DNA of 64,000 nucleotides from Spironucleus salmonicida (Eukaryota): NCBI RefSeq assembly GCF_000497125.1, contig NC_090596.1, positions 1,550,001 to 1,614,000 of the forward strand, read 5' to 3'. Shown piece by piece: positions 52,417 to 64,000 of this stretch (position 1 is its first letter; each line of letters starts with the position of its first letter). The notes under the pieces were generated by a model. It saw only the letters and a program-made list of their open reading frames with translations, ran no database searches and was not told where the DNA came from. The position numbers and the translations under genes were made by a program.

Positions 52417-54068
52417 TTCTTGCGTCTTTTCTTATTCTTTTTAATAGTTTAAATAACTAAAATAATTCCCATTAAAGATATAGCAGTTGACACCAAGACA
52501 AAACTTAGTCCAGAAATGTAAGCAATAATATTCACAATTGAATAATCTGAAAATGCAATTCTATTTGTGATAACTGATAATTCTAATGCTCCTAATGTTT
52601 CAGATGTATATTTCATTGTTATTCCCAAGTAATTTTAATCATTTTAAGCTATATCATTTATAAATGCCTTGCAATCTTGAATCAATACTAACTCATCACA
52701 GGATAAACAATATTCTAATGTTTCTGCTGAAATTTATTTGTAAAGTGGTACCTTTAAATCCGGAATTGATGTATTTGGAAATATTAAACTAATTATTCCT
52801 TAAGCATCATATATTTCTCCTTACGGTAAATAGATATCACACGCTGTAGTATTTTATTAAATAGTAAGTTATAAACATAGACTGTCTCGTCGTATGTCGA
52901 TAACGCCTGATCGCCAACAGGTAAGATGCATTTGTAATTCGAGTTATTAATTAAACAAAAACTATTCTCCAGTATAGAACATTGTATCAAACATGAATCT
53001 TGGTTTCTAATCTGAGGTTTTAATTTTATAATAAAATTATTTGCAACTTTCTTACTCAGTAGGTGATCCATTAGAACATTCAAATCTATATATTCTTTAT
53101 AGATTATTATACTTGGTAGAATAAAAGTTCAATTATTTTGACCAAACTTCTGATCCTAATTTTACACTTAATCTATGTGTATAATGAGTAAAATTAATAT
53201 CATTTAAAATATTTTCAATAGGTTAAAATATAAGCCTATTATTAACTTAAACTAAAAATGTATCGTCCCATAACCCCACATAAGAAGCTGAGAGATAATA
53301 AAAATTGACTCCAAAACCAAAATCTTTGCCCATATTTTTAACATATCCAATCTAATGAATAAAACTAACCTACACATCTTGTTATTATGATATAAATTAA
53401 ACTTTTGCTGATACAAAGGCAACTTATTGTATATGTAATAATTTTATTGGTTACTTATATATATAATTTATAGGTTTATTATCTATAATATAATTATCCG
53501 AGAATTACTGTGCTTCTAACTATATTCTTTCTCCTTAAATAAGTAAGAAAACTTGCACTAATTTATTTATAGTAATACCAGAATCTTCTATAGTTGTAAT
53601 TTATTGAGTACAAGACAATGTAGAAGTAATATTCAGTACAATTTCTTCTTGATGAATTTATAATACGGAATTTGTCTGATAACATTCACTGAGATCAGAT
53701 TTTTATTCTTAAAATTCAAAAATATTGACCTATGCTATGTCGGAATAAGAATATAAATACATTATAGCAAAATCTAATGACGTAATAACCGGCACATCAA
53801 TAAATTTTATACTTGTAATGCTACTGTAATTAAAACCTAGAACTTATGATCTTTATAGAGGTATGTCATTTCCACGCATAATTAGAGCAGCATGTAAATT
53901 TTTAGATAATGACTCACAAGCTGAATTAATAGGTCTAATAGTAACTATAATAATATTAAGATTCTTATTATATTCAAGTATTGAGGATTGATCATAACAA
54001 TTAGCAAATACTTTCTGCTATGGTGTAAACAGGAAATCTAGACCAACAGCAGAAAAAAATAAGATCAT
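52410..54068 (-). CDS. Type I membrane/surface protein (signal peptide, ectodomain, C-terminal TM, basic tail)
   Basis: MILFFSAVGL...ANCYDQSSILEY...VLVSTAISLMGIILVIQTIKKNKKRRKNH-TGA. About 552 aa. Confidence 0.7.
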
Positions 54069-54106
54069 TTTCACTGAAAATAAATTTATATAAATATATA
54101 ATATGA

Positions 54107-54649
54107 TCATATCCTCTTCTTTACTTAAACAGTTAACCAGAATGACTGCATGAAAGCAACGGATACTCCTACCACAATACCAAGTAATCCTACCATGAAT
54201 ACTGTTTTGCCAGCTGTGCTTCCTAAATTCATTAAGCCTTATAATCTTTATGCAGCATAATTCTACTCCTTGTTCACTTCAACCGCATACTATTTAATCT
54301 TTCTAACACTAGTTATCCGATCACTAGCGACACCTGGAATTTCACCTATTTCTAGAGTAAATGTGACAAGCCTCTAACCTGAATTGTCCTCTACCCTCAC
54401 AGTATTGAAGCAAATTTCGTGTATTCCACTGAATTATGTGAGTATATCGAACTTCTACGCAGAATGAACATCTAGGCTAGTGAAAAGTTATTTGCCATTC
54501 GCAGTTATGGAAAGTTAAATCAATGGGAAATGGTTCTCAGAATCAGCTTAGTAAGTCCCTAATAGTCTTGAGTTAGCAGGTAAATCCTCATAAAAACATG
54601 TATTCATTCCTGTTGATAAATTAAACACTAACCCCAGCAAGCCTATCAT
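54107..54649 (-). CDS. p24/emp24/gp25L GOLD-domain cargo receptor
   Basis: LVFNLSTGMNTCFYEDL...KFDILTQFSGIHEICF...RLVTFTLEIG, then a coiled coil, a TM and the tail VKKRI. Confidence 0.88.
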
Positions 54650-54705
54650 TAATTCTAACTGAAAAGAAAATATTAATACATACTATTATATTATAATAAT
54701 AATTT

Positions 54706-57297
54706 TCAATCTACTTCCTCAGGCAACCCATAAATATCATTTCGCTACCAAAGTTGAATTTCAAGCCCACCATATTACGTTTGTATCTCCATCCACTCTT
54801 GTCGTCCCACAACTACAAAATCTGTCCCCTCAACAAGCCCTTCCCGTAGAGAAAATCGACTTAACGGGGCCCCAGTTCTGATAAGGTCTAAATTAGCAAA
54901 TCCAGGCTCCTAAGCATCATAAAAAGCATGTTCGCTAAGCTCCTTAACGAAAGTTCTGCTAAGAGCAAAAACTGGCTTTCCGATCGAATTACAGCAAATC
55001 CTATCAAAAAGTTGCTGCGCTCCCACATTTTCGCCCTTTTCCACCACTAGCTCGCCGCATTCACCAAAAACTGCTTCAATTAGCTGCCATAAAAAACCAT
55101 TGATCGGAACTTTGGATGGGACCATTGCAGGCTGAATTGCATACTGATGGAGTGTTGGGTCAAGTGGAGCAAATTGGTTTGCTCGTGGCCATGGTAGTTA
55201 ATGAAGCCTGTACAGCCACTCGCCAGAGATGCATTTATCTGTTAATTGGAATTTTATAATACTGCCAAAACTATAAGAATATGAGATTGCATGTCTGAAA
55301 AATTGATCATATAAATCCTAACAAATTTTAGCACATGGTTGGCTATTAAGCGAATTTAAGATTTATTGATAAATATCTGTCGTAAGAATTTCTTAAGCTA
55401 ATGATTTTTTCTTTTAGTAAAATAATAAGTAAGGATCTTTAATTGCAGATTCGACAATAGATTTGATATTAGCATCATCAAATTATATCCATTCATTTTA
55501 TTTTTTGCAAACAGTTGTATAGTGTCCGCTTGCGAGGTTTCCTGTGTGCAGAATCGCACACTATAACTCATATTCGCTACAACCAGCACTTAATTCATCT
55601 ACTGACCATACTTTAATTTATTTAAAAATTTTACAGCTTTAAAGATTTTAAAGAAGATCTTTAAGAAAATCTGTTTTAGATGTCCCAAACTTAGCAATTT
55701 CATAATATTCATTAGCAATACATTCTAAAATATATTTTGTCTTTTGTTCAGAATCAAGTTTAGGAGGTTGTGCCTTAAGAACTTTTAGTTGTTGAGCAAG
55801 TTTTATAGCTATAGATTAGCTATCTGGAAGACAGATGATATACGCTAAAAGTGGTTCTATAGTTTAATTAAATGCTTAGTCGTTAAATTATTTATTTTAA
55901 GATTTCAAGTAAAATTATTCTACAATTTAGTAAGTGAACTTTTATGCTAAAAGAGACTTATAAAGATATTAGATATCATCTTCATTAAATTCTGGCATTC
56001 CTGGACGCAATTCTGATAGATAATTGAAGATATTTAAATTTGTTAGATTTTATAAATTTGTTTTGATTTTTTCTTTTTCATCCGCTTCAAAACACATAAA
56101 ATGTAGACAAAGAATAGGTGGAGGATATAATATCTTTTACGTTTAAATAATATGAGATGTATTTTAACAGTTTTGGCATTTAGATTCCATTGTTTATGGA
56201 GAGATATAAGTTTAAAATGATTATTCCAAAGCAACTTAATTTTTAGTCACATGCAAAGATAATGTACTAAATGGCTCAACTGTGTAAGTCTTAGATTCTT
56301 TCTTACAATATTGACACTAGTAAACAGAACAGGTTGACTATTATCCTTCAAAACAATCCGATACGATATCTCTATGCTTAGATTAAATTTATTATTAAGT
56401 AAAATGAATAAGCTATGGCTTGGCATTATACTGAGTTTATTATTTTAATACACCAATTGGAAATTTACGTTATAAGGAAGATCTGATACAGTCAAACAAA
56501 AATAACACAAATTCTTAAGCATCTTATTACTAATCTCCAACAAAAACCTTTTTATACGCCTGTAATGCTCTATAAAAAGGTTAAAGATGAGTTTTCTAAG
56601 CCTCAAATTAGCACTAAATTTAATTTATTTTATCAGGTAATTATAAAACTTGCATCATCTAGCAAAAATGTGTGGTTACCATATCTTCAAGACCTTCGTA
56701 TTCAGTGTTAAATGTTCCCTACTAAATATATGGAGCCAATGCCCAAAACCATCGATTAAAATATGATAAATGCGCTAACGCCTATAAAACAGCAGAAGCA
56801 TAACAAGTACTATGGTTATTTACAATTGGAACCTAACCGCAGGTCTTAAGATCAAGCGATTATGGTTTCTGCTAAATTTATTTACTGTCAACTATTTTAC
56901 TGGAAGCAAGTGGTTATGAGGTACTATCTTTTTTCCTTTATAAATCTCTATATGTTCTTGCCACAAAATCTGGAAATTTGACTACTGATACAAATACATT
57001 GCAAGAAAAGCACCAAATACGATATTCTTTTAGGTTAAGAAATAATGGATGAGCCTTTTCTTAATAATGATCTGTTGAGTGTCTATTATCATAATGACCG
57101 CATGCAACAAAACCACAGTCTAAGCAAATCCATAGTTTATCTACTCCTCTATCGCATTTTTCCGTTGATGTATTAGATCCTGAGCATTTTAAATCAGGAT
57201 TAAAAAGTTAAGCACAATTTTTTGTTATCAAATCTCGTACATCACCATAGGTTTTTGGAGAATGTGAGCATTAAAGATTTGTCACTCTCTCATCCAT
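54706..57297 (-). CDS. USP20/USP33-like deubiquitinase (ZnF-UBP, USP catalytic domain, DUSP)
   Basis: LWICLDCGFVACG...IWCFSC; Cys box NNHSTCYASAVLQAL; QQQDAQEF; His box ILHTGNLASGHYTT...WIQFDD; DUSP LREGLVEGTDFVVVGRQEWMEIQTQYGG. Confidence 0.9.
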
Positions 57298-57428
57298 GTT
57301 ATGATAGGAAAGAAAATTTAATTAACTGTAATATATTTAAAATATATATTTAGTCGTGTAGTATTATTTATGAAATATTTCGGAAGATCAATTAATAAAA
57401 ATAATAATTAAGCTCTATCAGAATAAGA

Positions 57429-57923
57429 TCACTCCAAAGTGGTGATAAAGGAATCTACCTAGCTTGGATGACCAGAATATATCTAATGGCCTCCCTTATT
57501 AAATATCCAGCAATGAGGGATACCTCTCACTGACTAAGAGGTCATAAATTTTTAAATTGTACTATCTTGATCTATTGCCACTGTATACTCTTGCATTTGT
57601 GGTTAACTAGATATAAACTTCGACACTACTTCCTCTTTCTCTTGTGAAACCGAAATTATTTAAACTCTGTTAAATTATTTCTACAACTTACTGAGATGCG
57701 GTATCTACTACTTGCATGGTGGGCACCACGTTGCAAAAGCTTCTAGCATTAGATATTTATCTTCCAGGCTAAACTATGTATTAGTAAGATATTTAAGGCT
57801 TGAAAGATTTGGTACTTATGTTCCTAAAAAGTTAGTTGTATCCTATTTTTTGGTAGCTAGATATGCTTTTATTGATACAAAAGCTAAGAACGAAAACAAA
57901 AAAGCTTTCCATTATTGCAACAT
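57429..57923 (-). CDS. TlpA/redoxin-type thioredoxin with N-terminal hydrophobic segment (paralog of 21624-22106)
   Basis: AFLFSFLAFVSI...MLEAFATWCPPCKQQIPHL...IISVSQE...VRGIPHCWIF...YSGHP. Confidence 0.88.
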
Positions 57924-57974
57924 TAAAATAAAATAAACTATAAAAATTATATATAATATATAATAATTATAAAG

Positions 57975-58637
57975 TCATTTGTTATACCTGGCAAGACAAC
58001 AAAGTAATTTAGCATCATTCACAGAATACGCCTCATCGATGGTGACAAGCTTGCATGAAATCTACTCGTGATCACCTTCGCCATGAATTTTGGATAGGAT
58101 CTCTTCAATTTTATCTTGTGATAGTTAAATATCTGTTACAAACAATTTGACAACTTCATCACAGCCACCAGGTGACATCATAACTTCACCTAGACTACGT
58201 AAATGTTCTGACAAAATTGTTATCCCACATTCTTCCTGAATTTCTTTAGCTGCTACGCCACTGAAATTGTTATCTCCATCTAACATGCCTGCTGGTGTTT
58301 CTAACACAAATTGACCGATCGGAACACGTGCCTATCTTGTCAAGAGTATATGTGTTTTATTTACTATTATTAAAACTGCAACAGACCCACCACGCATGAA
58401 AACTATGCCAGGTAAAGCTTTATTGTTTGCTTATGCAATAACTTTAAATTTAAGAAATCCAATTCTAGGACCAAACAAATCAATAGATTGAAATATTATT
58501 TCACTGATAATAATATTCGCATCTATATTATTAATGTAATTCTAGAATGGTACAAAGTTATCAAGTAACTGTATGAAGTTGGGTGGGAAGAATTCAGGGA
58601 ATTAAAATTTAATAGAATTATCAACTAATTTACTCAT
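57975..58637 (-). CDS. Nudix hydrolase, ADP-sugar/ADP-ribose pyrophosphatase type
   Basis: QSIDLFGPRIGFLKF...LPGIVFMRGGSVAVL...QARVPIG...ETPAGMLD...AAKEIQEECG...SPGGCDE. Confidence 0.9.
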
Positions 58638-58722
58638 TTAAGTCACTTGGTATATAATACATAAAATAGTGTATACTATTATTTTGATTATTTTCACTTG
58701 CATCCCGATATCTTTCTCAGAA

Positions 58723-59379
58723 ATGTTTATCTTAGCTACTTAAGCATGTGTGTTATCCTAAAGGGAAGCTCTTCTTAAAATATATGAAGAGACTGGTGGT
58801 AAAGAGTGGGAGGGTGCGGCCTTGTGGAATACATTTGCACCAATTTGCTAATGGGAAGGGATTACTTGTAGATCTGGTGTAATTGAATATATAATGCTAG
58901 GAGGGTTCGGGTTAACAGGCTAGCTACCCGAAATATTTGGCTGCTTCCCCTAGTTGAAGTAACTTAACTTAGAAAAGAACTACCTCAATGGGCCTATTCC
59001 TGAAACCTTGGGATAATTGAAACATTTATAGTACTTCGAAGCTACTGGTGCTGGATTTACAGGATAAATACCAGAAACCCTTTACACTCTGCAATTTTTG
59101 TAGTACTTACAACTAGGAGAGAATGCATTGACGGGGTAAATTTCAAAATCAATCATAAAAATGAGGACGTTGAGATAAATAGATGTACATTGTAATGATC
59201 TATCAGGAAAGATTCCTGACGAATTAGAATAACTACCAGGGCTTAAAGAAGCCAACTTTAATTGTAACGTAGGTATTGATTGCGAAACTGGACTGGCAGT
59301 TAGAGTCAACTTCTACTTCCTATGTCAATAGGATATGTGTTATTGTGAATCTAATGTGCCTATTCCAGATACATTTTGA
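58723..59379 (+). CDS. CWP: Diplomonad cyst wall protein (CWP1-like LRR protein)
   Basis: QREALLKIYEETGGKEW...ICQWEGITC...GLTGQLPEIFGC...LQYFEATGAGFTGQIPE...NALTG...HCNDLSGKIP...FNCN...FLCQQDMCYC is collinear with Giardia CWP1 as I recall it. Confidence 0.85.
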
Positions 59380-59607
59380 GTGAATCCATTTATAATACAT
59401 GTAAAATTAACGTATTACATATTAAAGTCTAAAACTGTATGACGCTTACTAGCTGTCTAATGTTAAACTTAAATCTAGCCTTAAATATAAATATATCACG
59501 CCTTGAAGTAGTGTAATTATAAGTTGTGTGTAAATATTTAGTGTTTCGAATCCGTTGCTGTTGGGTGATAGTTTAGCAATATTATACATAATTATATACT
59601 ATATTTT

Positions 59608-61149
59608 ATGATGGACATGTTTCCAAAAGTTGATGTTTCCTCCAAAGAAATCTTGTTAGCACACATAGCGAAACTTTAACATCTACTATTATTAGAAAAA
59701 GACAAAAATGCAGTTCTTTTGCTAGATTTTAATGTGTATAAATAAGAGCTGGTAGAATCAAAAACCACAGAACATAATACTAAGATTAAAGAGCTAAATC
59801 AATCATGGCAAGAAAAAATTTATTCCTAGACAAATATAACAATCAGCTAATTTTAAAAGGATGGTAATGTGCTCCTTTTCTATGGGGCAGAGAAACTCGA
59901 ACTGGAACTATAATTGATGACGCAGAAGAACAATTAGACCTAGAAGTAGTTCTTGAAGTTTTAAAAAGATATATAGCATGTATAATAAGTGAATAGGGAA
60001 CTCACCTGTCAACTTGATGCGTGCTAGTAATAGTGCAAAGTGAATATCCAAAATTCTGTCAACATAAAACGGTATACATAGTTAATAACCAAGAATAAAG
60101 TATAAGAAGATTAAATTATTAATTACTAGAAATAGATTCACATATTTTAGACGAAGATATCAACTTTAAAAATAGAAAATAAGCATGATAAAGATAAATT
60201 TTTGTTAAATTATAAAAAGCTATAAGCCACTAATAAATAAGTTTTAAATTTGTAAGATATGAATAAAAGCTAAAAATATGATAATTTTGTTTCATAGAAT
60301 CGTGATTCATAGCTTATTTAAAACTATAATAAATTACTATTAACATTAGATGAAAAATAACACTAAATTGATAAACTTTAACAACTATTATTAATCTAAA
60401 ATAAATATTAAATTGAAAATATATAGATTACAAATTAGCTATTAAAAATACAAAATGAAAATAAAGAATTAAATGCAGAAATTATTAATTTATAGCATAA
60501 TAATTCTTTGTTAGATCAACTTAATAAAGATATAGATGAATCAACACATTATAAATTACAAGAATATGAAAAATAACTCATTGCAATAAAACATGATATC
60601 TAATTATCTAAAAATCTTTTAGTTAAATTCAGTATAAAAAATTAACAGATGATAAATTAAACTCTACAATATGAGTAAAAAATATAAATTTAACAAGATA
60701 ATGTTTTTCCGGTATTATAGGACCTGATTAAAATTTTTTCTATATTTCCATCAAATTTAAAATAGTAATTTTATATGAAAGTTTCTTTCTCAGATATTAA
60801 AAATTTTATAGTATCAGAAAAGTTTCTATTCTAGATCTAATCAACATCAATTCAAAAGATATAAAAAGATGAAAATTTAGTGAAATAAACACTATTAAAT
60901 TAATGGACATAGAATTTTGAAGAAAAAATTAAAACTATATTGACGATAAATTTTAATTTGTAAACCGAGTAGAGACTAGTATCTAAATATATGTTATATA
61001 AAACAGATAATTTTGATAGTCTAATAATTGTTTGGACTATTTCATTATTTTTTTTCTTTGTATCGGGAGGAAGGTTAGATCAATAAGACAACACTCTTAA
61101 TTTTATTATAGGAAATATTGAAATATTCGTCATTAAAAATGATATCTGA
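59608..61149 (+). CDS. Coiled-coil protein with near-C-terminal TM (golgin-like architecture)
   Basis: Long heptad-rich region followed by LIIVWTISLFFFFV. 513 aa. Confidence 0.65.
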
Positions 61150-61150
61150 T

Positions 61151-63256
61151 TCACTTTAAATTTGCAAATTCGGTTATTTGTACTTAATAATTAAGTAAAT
61201 CTGCATCAGAGCATGCATTACTGTTTGCCGGTAATTTATACTCTAGATTTAATCCCTATGTCGTGTTACTAGAAGATGAATTTATTTATTTAATACCAGG
61301 TAAATAACGATGTTAAGTTTCAGGTTTTTTAGGAATATCAAGCTATATATTTATATCCCCTAAATTTATTTCTTCCATAGATGAAAAATTGCTAACAGAT
61401 TTTAATTAAATTTATTTATATTGTGAAATTTCACTTTCTACAGAATAATTGAACGGTTCAGGATAAATTTATTATATTTCTTATTGTTACTAATGTAGAA
61501 TTGCTGGAATTATCATTGTGACTGGCTATCCATTTTTAATACTTAAATTATCTGTATTTATATTTACCTTTTATTCCTAACTTAAATTATCTTATTTCTA
61601 AATAATAATTGGTAGTTAGTTCTCCTTATTTAGAACTATATCTTATACAAGAAATTATTCTGCATTTTATTAATTTAACTATTCAAATATTAAATTTTCT
61701 TTTTTTTCTGTATCATCTATATATTGCTATTTAATTACATTATTAGATATTAGTTCTTTCATTTCTTTTAGTTAATTTTCAAGTCTAGTATTCTCTAATA
61801 TTGCTCTAGAAATTTAACCTTTAATATCGTCTGATTTAGTCATAGACTTTAATTTTGATGTAATTCTATTATTTTCTGCTATTTTCTCTGTAGACTGCTT
61901 GGCTAATTAAACATTTAATTTCTTTAAATTATCGTACTTTTCTTACAATATAGTTTATGCTAAGATTTTATCTTACATTTAAGTTTACAATTTCTTTATA
62001 TCTTATTTTAACTATTATTGTTTCAGTTGTGAATGTTATTTTATACTTAAAACAATTTCTTTAAGGTTTTTAACTTAGTCTCTTATATCAGTATTTTCAT
62101 CTACTTATTGATAATTTACTAACTATTTATTTAATGAATAAACTTCTTACTATAAACAATGTATAGTATTTTCATATTTTTTTATTTGTTAAGTAGTGCA
62201 CTAAGTATTAGTTTCCTACTATTCGTTTAATCTCTAATTATCACTTTTTAGTTAATATAATTATTACTGTTGATCAATAAAAGATTAATTTACTTAGCTG
62301 ACTTTACTTTGCATTAAGGAAATATGGAATTATGCTTATTCTTTAATTTAGCTAATCTGTTTTTCCATAGTTTAAACCTCAAAGTTTTAGTTTTTACTTA
62401 TTAAATTTTATTCACGCATTTATTATGTAAGCTAATTGTTTTTATTTACTAATTCTTTATTCTGCTCTTCAAATAATTATATTTAATTATTTAATTCTCT
62501 ATTATGTTAAACTGTTTCTTTCTATCCACGAATAGTGTTATTTTAATTTTCAAGATCCTTTAACTTAAGCTCATAAATTATTTTAACCTTATTTACTGCA
62601 GATTCAATTTTTAAGTTCTCATTTTATGAAAAATTTTACACTTAAAGATTTTAAATAGTAATTTTTTCTTATAATGAAGAAATTTCCTCTAGAGCATCAG
62701 AAAGATGAATTTGACATGTTTTAAACTATTTCAATAGTGAATTATATGAATTTTTATAATTTACATTATTATTTGCACAATTATTTTATGATTAATCAAA
62801 AATATCCTTCTCATCTAATATAGAATTCTCTGCCTCTGAAAACTCTAAAAATATGGAGTCATAATTACCATTATAATTTAAAACAAATAATATTGAGAAT
62901 GTTATGAATATCGCAAGAAAATCAAGATTAATCATATTTTCTTCTAGATATTACTATGAAATTTATGTAAAATTTCCAATTTCAAAATTATACGCAAAAT
63001 GATTTTTAACGAAATTTAATATTTAATCTGGTGAAAATTATGTAAAGGCTACTGAAATTGGTATATTAAGGTTATAAATTTTAGAGTAATTGCTTAGAGA
63101 AAAAAATTATTCGTGAAGATGTTAATTTTAAAGTATATATTCTTAAACTAAATATGATTTATCTCTATACGTATTAATAATATAATCTAAACTAGGTAAC
63201 TTTGAATCATGTGGCCTTTAAAATGTCTGAATAAGAATTTATACTGGATTTTACAT
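61151..63256 (-). CDS. Hypothetical Gln-rich coiled-coil protein (~701 aa)
   Basis: MQNPVQILIQTFQRPHDSKLPSL...; start and AAG-TGA stop are in the same frame. Confidence 0.65.
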
Positions 63257-63308
63257 TTTCTGATAATTCGAATAATAATATTAATAATACTATAACCCCA
63301 TTCCCCAA

Positions 63309-63689
63309 ATGATGACAGTGCCAGATTTTTATCATAAATGGACTGAAAGCGAAGCATAATAGTTGTTAGAGCATGTTAAAATACACGGAACCAATTGGAA
63401 AATCTTAACGAAAAAATTTTACAAAAATTTCAAACCATTATAAATCAAAAACAAGTATTACTAGCTTAGAAAACATTAAGAGACCTAAGAGAAGGTTGCG
63501 CTTTCTACTACATCTACTCCTCGTCAAAGATCTCCAAGTCGTGAAATAGATGTTAATTGGTTAGATTTTTAAAGCACATATGTTCCATAAGTGCACTAAT
63601 AAAATGAGGAAAATTTTCAACCTTAATATATGTGCAATTATGAAACTTGTTCAGCCTTTGAATTAGATTTGGAGAACAATTACTGGTGA
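63309..63689 (+). CDS. Single-repeat Myb DNA-binding protein
   Basis: YHKWTESEAQQLLEHVKIHGTNWKIL...PLQIKNKYYQL, with an acidic/aromatic tail AFELDLENNYW. Confidence 0.88.
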
Positions 63690-63744
63690 GTTAATAAATT
63701 CATTTTTTACTATATAGTATTAGGTTTATTAGTTAAAATTGCAA

Positions 63745-64000
63745 ATGTCAAAACCAACATAATATTTTTTAGACAAATCAGAAGCTATAGCTTTAAAAAA
63801 CACTCTATAAAAACATATATTAGATGCAAATATAGCTTATAAATAAGCTAAAACATAGTCTTTTGTTTCAAAGACACTATAAAACTTGACACCTGATGTT
63901 GCTGTGTCAAACCCGTATGAATCTACAATTATTAACAGTGAAATGGAATATTCAATGTAAAAATTAAGAAAAAATTAAAATTTAGCCTAACTATAAGAAG
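63745..64000 (+). CDS. Hypothetical protein, partial (runs off the window)
   Basis: MSKPTQYFLDKSEAIALKNTLQKHILDA... stays open to the window edge under table 6. Confidence 0.55.

Noticed and set aside
57356-57363. GTGTAGTA, the U2 snRNA branch-point recognition sequence, in an intergenic spacer
   Set aside because: There is no upstream stem I or U6-pairing GCU...GAUC segment and no clear Sm site; the context is plain AT-rich spacer.
1992-59309. Short ORFs in the supplied standard-code track
   Set aside because: They are fragments of table-6 genes (e.g. 4691, 20216, 39181, 43600, 58125) or off-frame/antisense shadows of them.
59543-59553. T-loop-like GTTTCGAATCC downstream of CWP
   Set aside because: The T-stem pairs poorly and no cloverleaf can be built.
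1-64000. Spliceosomal introns, in-frame Sec UGA codons, transposons, CRISPR arrays, rRNA and telomeric repeats
   Set aside because: None were seen by eye. The genes read continuously and both redoxins have Cys-only CxxC motifs. The longest ORFs were not checked at every codon.

Overview
This is an AT-rich, very compact, apparently intron-free eukaryotic chromosome segment. It reads as protein-coding only under translation table 6 (TAA/TAG = Gln, TGA the sole stop). That code, a Giardia-type cyst wall protein, bacterial-type RpiB and AG-TGA stop contexts point to a hexamitid diplomonad, most likely Spironucleus (inference). The supplied standard-code ORF track is mostly fragments or shadows. 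Hand retranslation gives about 45 genes. Flagellar: CFAP47, IFT81, IFT139/TTC21, EFCAB10, LRRC51 and a TTLL ligase. RNA and translation: a miniature Cwc2, La and eIF4E. Meiosis: MND1 and an RNF212-like RING. Trafficking: Sec1, SR-beta, a Get2-like protein and p24. Ubiquitin: RCHY1 and USP20/33-like. Redox: two TlpA-like redoxins and cytochrome b5. Three signals are the most unusual: a perfectly paired three-way-junction RNA-like element starting at the eIF4E stop codon (24508-24574); an isolated 38-aa acidic/aromatic micro-gene after a 3.6-kb gene desert; and a TCCGCA motif directly upstream of the ATG of several flagellar genes. All family calls come from motif recognition by eye, with no database searches. 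The longest ORFs were frame-checked at their ends and in parts, not at every codon.
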